A DNA stretch of 63,877 nt, the filler included, from Olpidium bornovanus S191 (Eukaryota; Fungi; Olpidiomycota): assembly GCA_017911155.1 (NCBI GenBank). It is 26 parts of 26 records of this genome, joined end to end, with 100 filler letters (N's around TTAATTAATTAA, not from the genome) between each part and the next. Parts side by side here need not be neighbours in the genome. Positions count along the whole stretch, not along the records: positions 47,479 to 51,337 come from JAEFCI010008308.1; positions 51,438 to 55,587 come from JAEFCI010004832.1; positions 55,688 to 58,143 come from JAEFCI010011694.1; positions 58,244 to 59,342 come from JAEFCI010012905.1; positions 59,443 to 61,315 come from JAEFCI010011071.1; 21 more parts are not named here. The stretch is one strand, 5' to 3'. A model generated the notes under the pieces. It was given only the letters and a program-made list of their open reading frames with translations, did no database searches and was not told the origin of the DNA. Below, one piece after another: positions 47,479 through 59,893 of this stretch. Numbering within the stretch: the stretch's first letter is position 1; every line of letters starts with the position of its first letter. Made by a program: the position numbers and the translations under genes.

Positions 47479-50400
47479 CATGACTTTGATGTCGAACGGC
47501 ATCGGGTTGATCACGTTGAAGACCGCACGGTTTTCGGGGAACTTCTCCTGGTATTTTTCGCGAGGCTTTGTGCACAGGAGCGGCCCAAACTCGTACGTCG
47601 CGCTCGAGAGAACGTCCTCCCCACGCACGATGGCTTGATCCTCCTTCGATTTGCGGCACTTGCTGAACAGCTTCCGCGGCTCGCTGACAATCTGGGCGTA
47701 CTGGCAGTGGCCAACGCATCTCATATTGTGCACGCCCCTGGTCCCGACGATCTCGAATGAGAGCGTCTGCTCGAACACGCCGACTTCGCTCGAACAAAAG
47801 CGCACCACCAGCTCCTTCCGTTCTCTCGGCTGCAGAATCCACCTGTACGGCTTCTGCACTTCGTGATCGGTTTCCCCCTCTTCTACTGGAACAGGACGTG
47901 TGTCCTCTACCGGTTTCGCCGCCGAACGCCCCTTTTTTCCTTTTCCTTCTTCGCGGATTGCCTCCTTGATGTTGAGCGACGAAAGCCCGTTCTCGCCGGT
48001 GCTGCTGGGCTCGTCGGTCTCCGGAACCGTGTTGGGGCTGAGGCTAAAAAACTGATTGATCGTTGGCGCAACCCGCTCTTGTGGGTAGATGACAACGTGC
48101 TCCGAGAATGGCGGCCGAATCGGAGGCGCCGCGTCTTCCTGGCCCGCCGGTCCTATTTCCAGTTGCGGGACTTCTGCAAGGAGAGCTTGCGTCACAGCCG
48201 CTTCCTCCTGGTTGGCGTTCAGATCAATCGCCAAAACGTTGCTCGTCTCGTCGGTGTGCTCCGCCTCGTCTGCGGCGTGAGTGTCGTTATACTGCTGCTT
48301 CGCCGCCTTTGACGGCTTTTTCTCGGGGTTCCCCGCTTTCGCAGGCTTGTCCCCTTCTTTGACCATCGCGGATACGGCGTCGAGAGTGCGAACGTAAATC
48401 TCGTATTGCTTGTAGGAATGGTCCGGCAGTAGGGCGTCTCCCAAGTCTTCCAGCTCCGCTCTCGAAGACGTTTCGTCCTCGATTCCTCTGTCTCTTTCTC
48501 CTTTCAGCCTGGCCGGCGACGACAGTTTGTCGGACGAGGCCAGGTTGATGTTGATGCGAGAAGTGCGCGTGCTGGTCGACGCGCTTCGGTCCGTCTTCTC
48601 CTTGGGCGCCGGAGGGGCCCGCCGCCCCTTGTTCTTCTTGTTTTGGCGCTCCTCGTCCGCTTTGCGTTCGTTTCGCGCCGCGATCTCCTCTTCCCACCGC
48701 CTCTTCTCCTCGTCCCTCTTGCGCTCCAGCTCCTTCTTCTGCCGCTTGTACGTCGAAAGCGCCCTGTCGTACGCCTCTTTGTCCGCCTCGCTCATCCGAT
48801 CGTACTGCTCTTCGGATATCTCCTTGACCTGCTGAATCATCTGCGTCTCGTGCTCTTCGGCTGCCTTCTGCTTCGCGCTCTCGCGCGCGTTCATCTGGGC
48901 CGTGTCCAAGGAAAAGTTGAAAAACACCGTTTTCCGCTTCTCCACGAGGATTTTCAGGAGTAGCCGCAGGACCATCGGCACGTTCGGCGTGTACTTCGAG
49001 TCCAGCCCGTCGATGACGTAACCTCTGGCGGAATCGGGCATCTGCAGGCGAACGCGCATGACGTCGAGGAACAGGTCTTCAGGCATGTTCACGCTGTGGC
49101 TGCCAAAATCTTCGCCCGCCGACGCGTCGGGATTCGGCGCCCTGTAGTGGTGCCTTTCCGCCATCTTCTCGTCCTGCATCCACTGGACGAACTCCTGGAG
49201 GCGCGCGGTGACTTCGCCGTACGCGCCGCTCTGGTCGTGGAGGGCCGCGTCGACGACGTCGTCGATCCGGATCGCCGTGTGCCCGCAGAGCGCGGCGATT
49301 TTCTTGGCCTGCGTCGTCTTCCCCGAGAGCGGAGGCCCGTGAAATATGACGTGCGGAGGCAGGTGCGCCTGCGCGTCCTGTATCTCGGCCGGAACTTGCT
49401 TTCTAACGTTGCGCAGAGGATCCAGGAGCTCGCCCACGCCCTCGGACGCGGCCAATGTCGGGAACGGCGCCCCCGCGTCGCCCGCGACGCCCGAGGCGGC
49501 CTTTTCGTTTTGGACCTTCCACGACGCAAGCTCGGTTAAGTGCGGTGGCAGCGGGCGCCCGGGTTCCCTGGGCGGTATGTGCACGACGCCGTTTTCGTAC
49601 CCGTCGATCTTGCGCAAGACCTCTTCCTCTTGCAGGTGCTGTTCGTCGAATTCGACCGAATACATTTCGAGGGCGTAGTCCGTCGGATTGTGCGCGACGA
49701 ATCTGGCCTCCGCCGCCTCCGCGTACGGCAGAATCGGGCCCATCGTCACGACTTCCGGCTCGAACGCGAGCCCCAGCCTGACCGCCTGGCCGCGAAGCGG
49801 GATGCTTATCGGTCGATTGTTCATGTTGACCTTGATGGTCAGCAGAGCTTCGTAAACGCGGGATTCCGTGGGCGACAATCGGACAAACACGTTGCAAGAC
49901 GCCCCGGCCGCGACCGTCCCGGATGCCGGGACGACATCAAATTCCTTTACCGACGAGACGTTGAGCCTCGCGTCTTTTGCGGGCCCCCTCGGCTGAAGTA
50001 CTCTCACCCCTTTGCCGGCCCTCAACGACATCCCCGTTTCATCCTGATTCTGGTTGTCGACCGGCGTCACCGTCGAGGTCCACTCGGCCGGGACGCAGTT
50101 TGTATTGCTAAGCTGCAGCACGAAGGTCTTGCGGTGTCCGCATATGATGTCGCCAAACTGGATATTGCTGGAGGACACCCGGATGTCCGGAATGGTGATG
50201 AAGGCGCGCAAGGCCAAGATCACCTGCGGGCCACCGGCCACCATCAGCGGCAAGTCCACCGACGCCTGGCTCGCTTCCGAATTCCGCGTCACGATGTTCA
50301 CGGTGAACTCCACGGACTGCCGGGCCGGCAGGTTCTTCACTTTTTCCGGCTCGACGCTGAAGCCCGTCCCGGCCAAAACGGCCCGGTCGAACGTGAACGT

Positions 50401-51337
50401 GACCGGCAGGTCGCCGCAGTTCGTGACCACCGCCGTCTTCTTTTTCGTCGTGTTCTTCACCACGTTGCCCAGGTCGCAGACGTACGTGGCCACCCGGGCT
50501 TTCGACAGCTCGGAGAGGAAGCTGATCACCTTCTTGTCCTTCCCGACCCGCGTCTGCGTGTACTGCGCCAGGATCGGGGAGCCGACCGTTTTGTCTTTCA
50601 ACGCGTGCTGGGCCGCTCCACCTTCGAAGTTCTGTCTCAGCTCGTCCAAGAGGAGCATGGTCTTCTCCCGCAGAACTAACCGCGCCGCTTCCGCTTCGAC
50701 TTCCGGCTCGGCGTCCGGAGCAGCCGCCGCGGCCGATCCGGGAGGCGGCTCGCTCTTGGCGGCGTCGGCGCTCCTGCCGCCGGCCCCGGGGTGCAGCGCG
50801 CGCCGCGTCTCAGACAACGCGGCAGCATCCAGCTCGTCCTGCAGGCGCGGCATGTTGATCGAAATGCGTGGAAACGTCCCGGATCCTTTCACCACGACTT
50901 TCGCCGGGGAGAAGTATGATATCCGCACGAAAAAGCTGTCCTCCACGGTGTCCGGTATGCAGGGGCAAAATCGGACGACCAGGCGCTGCTCCTGAAAGGG
51001 GCTGATTTTGCCGGACGCCGGAGAGACGGTAATCCTTTTCGACAGGACAGAATTCTCCGGTATGATCACCTGGAAGTTGAAGGCGACCCGGCCGGTACTC
51101 CTGAGGATGACGTCTTTTTCCGCGATTTCTTGGTAAGACTGGACGCCGAAATCCAGTACCTGAGTGTCCAGCTGGTAGCCGATACTAGAAGACTCGCCGG
51201 CGAGCGCGACTTCGTACTTCGGGCCGCCCACAACGTCGCATACCGCAGCGACCGTGAACCGTCCGTAGTGGTGGCCGTAAAAGGTCACTTCCGCCCGCTG
51301 ACTATGGCCAGGAGGGATCAATCCGTGGAGGGGCATG
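47479..51337 (-). CDS. HYDIN: HYDIN (axonemal central-pair protein), internal 1286-codon fragment
   Basis: Serial ASH/PapD-like Ig domains, MGPILPY..NPTDYALEMYSVEFDEQHLQEEEVLR, P-loop GPPLSGKTT, GYVIDGLDS, charged coiled coil, YEFGPLL. Both ends are cut by the contig. Confidence 0.95.
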
Positions 51338-52187
51338 NNNNNNNNNNNNNNNNNNNNNNNNNNNNNNNNNNNNNNNNNNNNTTAATTAATTAANNNNNNN
51401 NNNNNNNNNNNNNNNNNNNNNNNNNNNNNNNNNNNNNACATGGGGCGAATCTAAGAAAGGGGACGCAACCGTGTACAAATCTATGCCGCGTCGCCATCGT
51501 AGCAATACTGCTTATTTGGAGACTTGCCTGGCGGCGCCTAGAAGGCGGCGTTCGGGTAGAACGTTCTGAGAGGTTTTATGTTTGGAACGACGTGTTTTCT
51601 CTCGGCAGCCAGGCGTATTTTGGTGTGCCTGTGTGGCAAAAATGCGGGCATATTTCTTTTGCCCAAAAATTTAAGTTTGAATCCCTCCTATAAAAAGGCC
51701 TGTAGGACCATAACTTAACGATTCGGAAATGATTAAACGGAAAGTAGCGGTCGACGTGGTTACGTCGCTTGGTGTCGGCCGTCGTTGCGGAGACCGGGGC
51801 CTACTCCAGCCGTCGTTGATGACGCCAGCGTGCTTTTCTGATGCAACAATTGATGTTCGGGCGCCCGCGCAGCGCAGACGAAGTCGGCGTCCGCCAACCC
51901 AACAATGCAGCAGAAGGCAGCGGACTGCTCAAGCATTTCGTGGCCACGGGCTGCCGCGGTAGTTGAGGGCTCACCATGTTGCTTTCTTCCACTCTCGGGA
52001 GCCGCCACGGCTCTGGTCCAATCTTCGTTTGACTTGACCTGCCAAGAAGGCGAACCTACGAAAGGAGGTACAGTAACTGCCGTCTCACGTGACCACACGT
52101 GCGTTTTTTGGTCCCCAGTCAACGCCCTCGGAGAATCCCCGCGGCGGCTTCCTTCTTCTGCCGTTCGCCCTTCCCGTCGGCAAACCC

Positions 52188-54121
52188 ATGGCTTCCCGCC
52201 TTTCGACTTCCGCCTCTAAGCGGCCCGGCCAGCCGCCGCACCAGCTGCAGGCGCAGCCGCAGGCGGGCGCGAACAAGAGGCAGCGGTACTGGCCCGGAAA
52301 GGTCCCTGCGGGCGGCGGCGGCGGCGGCGAACCCTCAGCTTCGTCCTCTGACGACGAGGAGAGCGATGACGATCGCGCTGCGGAGAAGAAGGTCAAACGG
52401 ATCGTGAGCGTGCGGATACAGCAGGCGAACGTCCCCCCAGCGGCGCCGGCGCCCGCCTTGGAGGCTCGGCGCGTGCCGGAAGGGCCTCCCGCACCCGTCG
52501 ACCTTGCCCTTGACCGGCGCCTGCGGCGGCTGCACGCGGCCGATCAGGGAGACGATGAAGATAACAGCGAGGTGGACAGGTCCGCCAGGAGGGAGAGGAT
52601 TTTGATGAGCAGGAGGAAAGGTGAGCGGTCGCTCCCGTGGGTTTTACCGTGATGTCGCCCTCGAGGAGGTACGAACTGCTTGCTCGTCATGTGCGCCCTT
52701 CGTGGGTCAGCAGCGACACGCCTGCTGGAGGCCTTGTCGGGAAGCGCGACCTCCGAAGCCCCGCAGGGAGAAACTGCTTGGGATTAATCTGCGCTTGCAC
52801 TGCCGAAAGCCCTTAACTGTCACAGGCTTGGAATCGACGTAAGGCAGGTTGGCACATCTGAGCAAACCCACTTTTACCTCGGTCGAACCTTGCAGAGCTG
52901 GAGGAAGCCTCGTCGTCGTCTGCAGAAGGGGAAGACGACGAAGGGATAGCTCGGAGGCGACGTCGTGAACGTGCGCTCGATCAACAAACGGATGAACAGG
53001 AAGTTGTCTCCGCCGAGGAGGAAGAAGAAGTGGACGCACAGGTGCGTCTCAGGGTAGCGTGCGCTAGAAAGGCCGCTCAAGAGGGCGTTAGGTAACCGTT
53101 TAGCCGGCGAAATCAAGGAGTCAGAATCCTCAGAGGAAGAGTCGAGCGAAGAGGAGGCGGACGAGTTCACGCACCGCCGGCTGATGTTCAAGCCCGTCTT
53201 CATCGCAAAGTATGCGTTGGCCGACGAGGCTGTTTTCTGTTCCTGCTCTTTGTAAGTCGGCCGTTCACTAAGTTCCCGCTCGCAAACAGGGAACACCGTG
53301 AGACCATCAACGAGAAGGAGCGGCAGGCCAAGGAGCAAGCAGCGGAAGAGGACAGGCTTGCCAAGGAGTTAGAGGCACGGCGGGCGGAGTCACGAAAATT
53401 GGTACAAGATCGGAAGCAGAAGGAACTGAACGAAGGTGAGTCCTTTGCGCACCCCCGCAGTTTCCGTGGACGTACATGTCGCGCCGTCCAGTGGACCTGC
53501 ACACCTTGTGGAGGGACGTGTCTGAGCGCCCTTCTCACGTGAGATCGCGTTCCATTTGGGGCCACAGAAGCGGAAGCCCGTCGAGTTCCGGAAGTGGACG
53601 ACACGGACGACATAGACGAGGAGGCGGAGCTGGAGGCGTGGAAATTACGGGAGCTGATGCGAATCAAGCGGGACAAGGAGGAACGTATTGCGCGGGAGCG
53701 CGAGCTGGAGGAATTGGAGCGGGTGCGCCATCTGCCTGAACGGGAGCGAGCGCGGGAGGCAGAGTTGCGGCGGCAGGAAGCGGAGAAAAACAGGCCGGAG
53801 AAAGGAAAATATGCTTTCCTGCAGCGCTACCACCACCGCGGGGCCTTCTTTATGGATAAAGGCGAGGAGATCTACAAACGCGATGTCTCCGCGCCCACCG
53901 TCGACGAGGTCCACCACCGCGAGCTGCTTCCAAAGGTGCTCCAGGTCAAAAGGTTTGGCAGAGCAGGCCAAACGAAGTACACGCACCTCGCAGATCAGGA
54001 TACCTCCAGGAAGGACGCCCCCTGGTCACGGCCGCATGACCCGCTGGTCAGGAAGGCGGTGCAGAAGATGGCTGGCGTGAAGAACGATTTCAATCGGCCA
54101 TCATCATCCAAGAGGCACTGA
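52188..54121 (+). CDS. MFAP1: Microfibrillar-associated protein 1 (spliceosomal B-complex protein), multi-exon
   Basis: [85 protein letters not shown]. Confidence 0.95.
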
Positions 54122-55687
54122 CGCTGTTGAAGCAGAGTCCTTGGAAATATGCTTGCTCGCGTGGTTCCCGTTTTGTTCTATGTAGCGAGAAAGCCAGGCG
54201 CTTATCCGGACAGCACGATGATTGTGCAGGACGCGGGGAATTTACCGAAGCCCAGTTCATTAATCTGCAGTGGGACCGTGAGACGGGACCAGGACCGTTC
54301 AGAACGCCGCAGCAAAAGTGTTGGGTCATTTCGGAAATGTTGTACTCGGCGGCTGAGCAGGCGGATCGAACTGCGACGGGCGTGGAATGTTTAAGGTTCG
54401 CAATCGGGTGGCGGCGACCTTGTTGACCAGGGTGACCGGGATGCAGATTTTCGGATGCAGTGGAGAAACGACTGCACTCGGAAAGCGTCTAAACCCCTTG
54501 TTGCGTTGCCTGAGGTCTGATGACGCGGGTGATCTTTGGGCCAGGGGGTTTGTCAGCCCGAAACACAGTCTGATGTTCCCGTGAGACAGGGCGGACCGCA
54601 GGAGAGTCGGCCGGGAGCCGCTTGCGCGCTGGCGATCCTGCACATGTATCGTCCGCACATCTGCGACCTGAAAGTTGCTTGCTTCTTGTTGGACGGCACA
54701 AACTACGTTTTGCATTAGATGCGCTGGGATTCACGGGTGACCTGTGGCGGTCCGGTGGCTTAGCGGTACAAAGGCTCATTGCCGTGCTCAAGAAAATTCG
54801 CGGGTTCAAATTCGCGCATTCTTGCCCAGGCTGCTTTTGCCGGTTGCATGCCATAATTAGTTTAGTGTAAAGTATCATGCCATATATCTAATGTAAAATG
54901 TGGTGGAAATTTATAGCTTGAGAAATTACGTATTTAGTATAAATATTGCATATTCAATTCCTGCGGTAGTATCTTATATAAAATCATTTACCATGAATTA
55001 TACCTCAATGATTATTTATATGTTAAATATAGTCTATTATAAAATCTATAGTTAAATGTAAAGTGACTATACGGCGGACACCTCAGCGGCAGCGCACCTG
55101 AGCTTGGCTCCGGGATGTTGCCGACGGCATCTGGTTCCTTCTCCGAAGAGACCATGCGCGTGCAGCAGTTCCGCGTTCCGTTCTGGTCTTTTTGCTTGCC
55201 GTGAATTCCGCCGAAACATTTTACGCAACTGGATTTCTCTCTGATTCGTTCCGCACGCTTGTTCTTCAAACCACCCCCCCCCCCCCTCACCCCACAAAAC
55301 TGCAGCACGCGCGTTGGCAAAATTTTCTTTTGCGCGCGTGCGCTTCGCGTGCTCGCGAGGAGCGCGATTGCCGGTTTCCGCCCCTTGTATTAGGAATTGA
55401 AGAATGTTATGCGAACCGTAGGATGCGCTATACGGCCGCGGGATGATCGAACCTGCCCCTGGCTTTCATGCAGAATGGTGCCGGCGCAAGCGATGTGGTT
55501 TATTGCGGGGGTGGAGCGGGAAGGAGTTTATTTCAAACGGGTTATATTGTGACAGCAGACGGTTCTACGCACTTCGTCGGATTCCGTNNNNNNNNNNNNN
55601 NNNNNNNNNNNNNNNNNNNNNNNNNNNNNNNTTAATTAATTAANNNNNNNNNNNNNNNNNNNNNNNNNNNNNNNNNNNNNNNNNNNN

Positions 55688-56842
55688 ACATGGGCCGTAT
55701 GTGGGTTGGCTCTTCCCCGGCCGGAGTTGAGGCTAACGCGGCATCCAGGTCCCACACGCACATCTCCTTTTCCTTCCCACCCGTTGCGAACACCCGTTTT
55801 CGCGCGCCGTCGGCCTCCCCGTTCGAAGGGAACCATGCGCGCATCCGCACGAGATCCGTCTGCTTGGTATCGAACCGTCGGATCGGCAGCGCGGGGGTCG
55901 GTCCCTCTGCGCGGGCAAGGAACGGGTAGAAGGTAAACATCCCGGTGGAAGTACACGTTATGACATTTCTGCAGGTCGGAAACGTATTAGATAGCAGCCG
56001 TGGCTTAACCACACACATTCCTGCAAAACGGTCGCGCGCGCCGTCGCGAACAACGAAACAAGGCGGAATGGAAAAAAGCAGTAGTGGCCTGACCCGTCTT
56101 GGTCGACTTCCAGCCCGACGAACTTGCTGGCCGATCCATCCACGTCTTGCTGACGTATTTCCGATATCCGTGAACCGTCTTTCGCGTCGACGCATTCGAC
56201 CAGGCCACACTTCCGCGCCAGCGCGAGCTAGTCTCACGCACGTCAAGTGCGCCGCGCAAGAAACAGAGGCCTCAGTAGGTTGCGGCGACCCCGGGAGCGG
56301 CTGGACGGTAATGCTCAGCACACGCGCGGTTGTCGACACCCACCACCTTCCGTCTTTCGGTGCCAGTCGGCGTGACCAGTTTAAGAAACTGCACTTCCCG
56401 CTTCTTGTCGACTGCGCCCCACACTTCCACCTTCGTCTCCGCCACACTCTCGTCGCTCTGCTTGGCCCTCCCCCGTGTTGACTCCGCACCCGTGTCTGAG
56501 TCTTCTGGGCACTCGTCGCGCTCGTCCAACTTTCTCTTCGTTTTGCGTCGGGAGAAGGTAACGACTTCGTGTTTCGCAAAAGCCAAGTGTCGCAAGCGGC
56601 AGCAGCTAGAGTGAGCAATAGGGGAGAGTTTACCGTGCCAGAAAGACACCAAGCAACCCACGAGCTGCCAAAGGCGCCCAAGCTGCGCCACTGCACCACC
56701 TCGCCCACTCGCTCATTGGGCCGGTATGTTTTGGCTCCCCCCCCCCTTTCCCCATCCAGTCTGTCCTGGCTCATTCCCGCGCGGGGTCCCGCACACACGT
56801 ACCCTTCAGCAACCCGGCTTCGTCGCCGACGTAGAAGCGCAT
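55688..56842 (-). CDS. NSA1: 60S biogenesis WD40 protein Nsa1/WDR74, 3' truncated
   Basis: Exon 1 MRFYVGDEAGLLK; RVFATGGKEKEMCVWDL. Confidence 0.85.
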
Positions 56843-57548
56843 CGTTCTGCTCTCGGCGGGCTCCAGCCGCGGCTTTCGCTTGGCGTTAACCTCTGCGCGC
56901 GCAGGCTGCTTGTCGTTCTGCCCGCCCGGGTGATTTTCGGTGGTTTGTGTTGCGTTCGCACGCGTGGCGTCTTTTGACCCAAGGGGTTGTCACGTGACGC
57001 GCTCGGAGATGCTTTCCGGACACCCCGGCGCGAACGACGCGCGGCAGGCGGTTAACTAACCGACGCCTTGCGCGCGCGGCGCTGGATTTCCGCGCAATTT
57101 TCAAGACGAAGGCCGGTACGTCACCACGCTGTGGACTGCGTCCCGCGTTACAAAAGACCAGGCAGGCGCAGGTCCGATGACTCGCGGAAGCTCTTGCACA
57201 CACCGATAAACCAGCCCTTCAATCAGGCTCGCACGTCTTGGTCTACCCTGGCTCCAACCGCAAATGTGATTTCGGCAACGGCACCTTCGCATCTTAGATG
57301 AACAATGGTCTATACGTACCGCATCACTCCACTTTGGCACCTGGCCGTGACGCGAGCCGTCGACACGGGATGGGAGGGGAAATAGCAAAATGCTCGCAGA
57401 AACGCGAAAACGGCCGCTGAAATGGATATCTATCCCCCAAAGACACTCCCGAAGCAGTCGCGTATGGAGATGATGTTTTGGCAGAAACGATGCCTACAAG
57501 AGCTTTGAAAAGCCGGTCCTAAGAGGACGGTGCATTACAGCGCATAGA

Positions 57549-58143
57549 CTACACTTGGCCTACCTTTTTTGGCAAAACAAGCCGCTCGTTCCTCTTCATA
57601 AATTCGTACAGTGTCGTGCCCACCGACTCCGCGTCGTCTTCCTGGACCGAGTGGCCGGCGGCCGGCAGGACGTGCATTTGAAATTTTCCTGTCGACAGCC
57701 CACGAAAAAAATCGATGTGGTTAATGTACGTGGTTAACGACGATACTGGAACGACAGGCGAAGACGCTAGTATCGAGACCTTGCATTTGTCCGATCGTCA
57801 GCGGCTTGTCTAACCTGTCCGTGCCTGCAATGTTTTGGCCACGTCCGGATCAACAGCGAATCCCAGGTGGGCGGCCGCGTCGGGTCGGGTCGCGTAACCA
57901 ACCTGCTAATATGAGAAGTTTGGCGACTTTGGCCGACAAGAATTTCTCGGACAGTCCAGTAAACCATTCTGAAGAGGACTAAACCATCAGCCAACCATCC
58001 GCTTCGTCGCTTTCCGGGGACTCATGCTTCACGGATCACCGCCGTGTAACCTTGCATACCGTTCCAGAACGGCTGCGTCTTCTTTAAGTTTGCGCGCCAC
58101 CGGTACGCGAAGCCATCTGCATACTCTGGGTCGCCAGGCTTCG
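57549..58143 (-). CDS. PPE1: Protein phosphatase methylesterase 1, C-terminal exons
   Basis: YRWRANLKKTQPFWN/WFTGLSEKFLSAKVAKLLILA/GTDRLDKPLTIGQMQG/KFQMHVLPAAGHSVQEDD..FMKRN. Confidence 0.93.
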
Positions 58144-58243
58144 NNNNNNNNNNNNNNNNNNNNNNNNNNNNNNNNNNNNNNNNNNNNTTAATTAATTAAN
58201 NNNNNNNNNNNNNNNNNNNNNNNNNNNNNNNNNNNNNNNNNNN

Positions 58244-59342
58244 CGGGATCTTCCGTCCCGTAAATTGCCTTTGGGGCCGCCGCCCCGATCCCTCCAGGGT
58301 GGGCCCACCCGGTAAGGAGCCATTCCTTCGCTGTCGCCATTTCTGCGCCCGCCAGTTCTCCATGGGATAGGAATGTCTTGACCAGCGGAATGCGATCGAA
58401 AAAGGGAGCCAGCTGGCGCAGGCGAACGAACAGGGGATCCGCCGCGATCGGAAGCGGGGGAAGCAGAGGTAACGCCGCCGGCCCGGCCCGGTGGTGCACG
58501 ACCTTGTAGGGGGCGTCGTAGCCCGCCAGCTCGTCCTCGTCGTCGTGTGGGCAGGCCCGGTCTCCGCTGAGGGCGCGCCGCACGGCTCTGACGGCGATCG
58601 AGGTGACGGAACACGTGTGTGAGGCGACGCGGACAGCGTCGGACGGCATCCAGCGGGCTTCGTAGACTTTAGCCGCGGCCGCCAGGAGAAGCAGGCGCTC
58701 GACGGCGCTTGCGCCGAGCTCCCCCCCGATAACCGGATGAAGATAGGGGCTGAGGAGCAGCACTTCGTGGCATGGTCCTTGAAGGCGGGGCAGTTCTTTC
58801 AAAGCTATCGCCAGGAGAGAAGCCGCGCTGCCGTGGGCGATCTGAAAGGCGCCTTTGTTACTTAAACGAAATGGCAGAGGTTTGGCGAGTAATGCCTGCC
58901 GCAAAACGCACCATCGTAAAAAAACTCGGATCGCCGCCAGAATCCGACTCGAACGGCGAAGTTTTAATAGCATAGTTCAAAAAAGCGACGATGGCTTTGA
59001 CATGGTACAAAACGGTGTTCTCTTGCATGGACGCCAATTTGTCGCTGCGGATGCGACGAGGTTAAAGGGTATGCTTCCGCAACCCCACAGGATCTCCAAA
59101 TTTATGCGAACTTCCCAACGCGTACCTGCTTCCGAACCCCGGAAGATCCAGACAGAGAACGCGGAACCCGGCTGCCGCTACAACTGGTATTAGTCTGAAT
59201 ATCACGCGTGAGAGTGCGCCACATGATCAACATCCGGTGTAGAAACTAATCCAGAAACATAGGTTATGGTTTCGCCCACGTCCAAAAAAGGTTAATGCTT
59301 GGGCCGCTTACTTTCTATACATGTAACTCCAGGTGGAGGATC
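58244..59342 (-). CDS. Alpha/beta-hydrolase-fold protein, internal fragment, non-canonical nucleophile elbow
   Basis: AAGFRVLCLDLPGFGS/..FFTM/IAHGSAASLLAIAL..EVLLLSPY, from manual splicing at GT-AG sites. Confidence 0.65.
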
Positions 59343-59807
59343 NNNNNNNNNNNNNNNNNNNNNNNNNNNNNNNNNNNNNNNNNNNNTTAATTAATTAANN
59401 NNNNNNNNNNNNNNNNNNNNNNNNNNNNNNNNNNNNNNNNNNCATGGCTCCCGGTTATGTACATTTCGCTTGTGAGTCCAGATCAGAAGCCCAAAAGTGA
59501 CCCTAGTGCCATCTCTGAGGGAGCGTGAAGCGCGCGTTCGGAGGTCTTCTGTAGGCAAAGGTCCGTTATGGCCAAGCTCGTGGTGCGGCCGATTCAGCGC
59601 GGACTGGCAGTTTCCCAGATGCCAGCGGCCTGAATAGGTGAAAGGTCGTCAGGTCTTCCGCGCAATCTCACCGGGTGCGCATAAACGTCGAAGATTTCGT
59701 CCACGTGTTGCACCAAAAAGGGACAGAGTGTTCCTTGGCGCGGCTGCATTGTCGCCGCCTCACGCGCACGGGATGTGGTGTGCCTTTCTGCCCGAAAATT
59801 AAAACAC

Positions 59808-59859
59808 TGAACGGGACACCTGAACGGGACACCTGAACGGGACACCTGAACGGGACACC
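59808..59859 (+). repeat. 13-bp tandem repeat x4 (TGAACGGGACACC) about 35 nt upstream of the METTL4 ATG
   Basis: Four exact copies plus a degenerate fifth. Confidence 0.95.
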
Positions 59860-59893
59860 TGCTGCCGGGACACGCCTGCTCCGCCGCTCGACC

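Noticed and set aside
54515-54575. Possible C/D snoRNA (CTGATGA...CTGA)
   Set aside because: Imperfect C box, no terminal stem, and no guide complementarity that I could identify.
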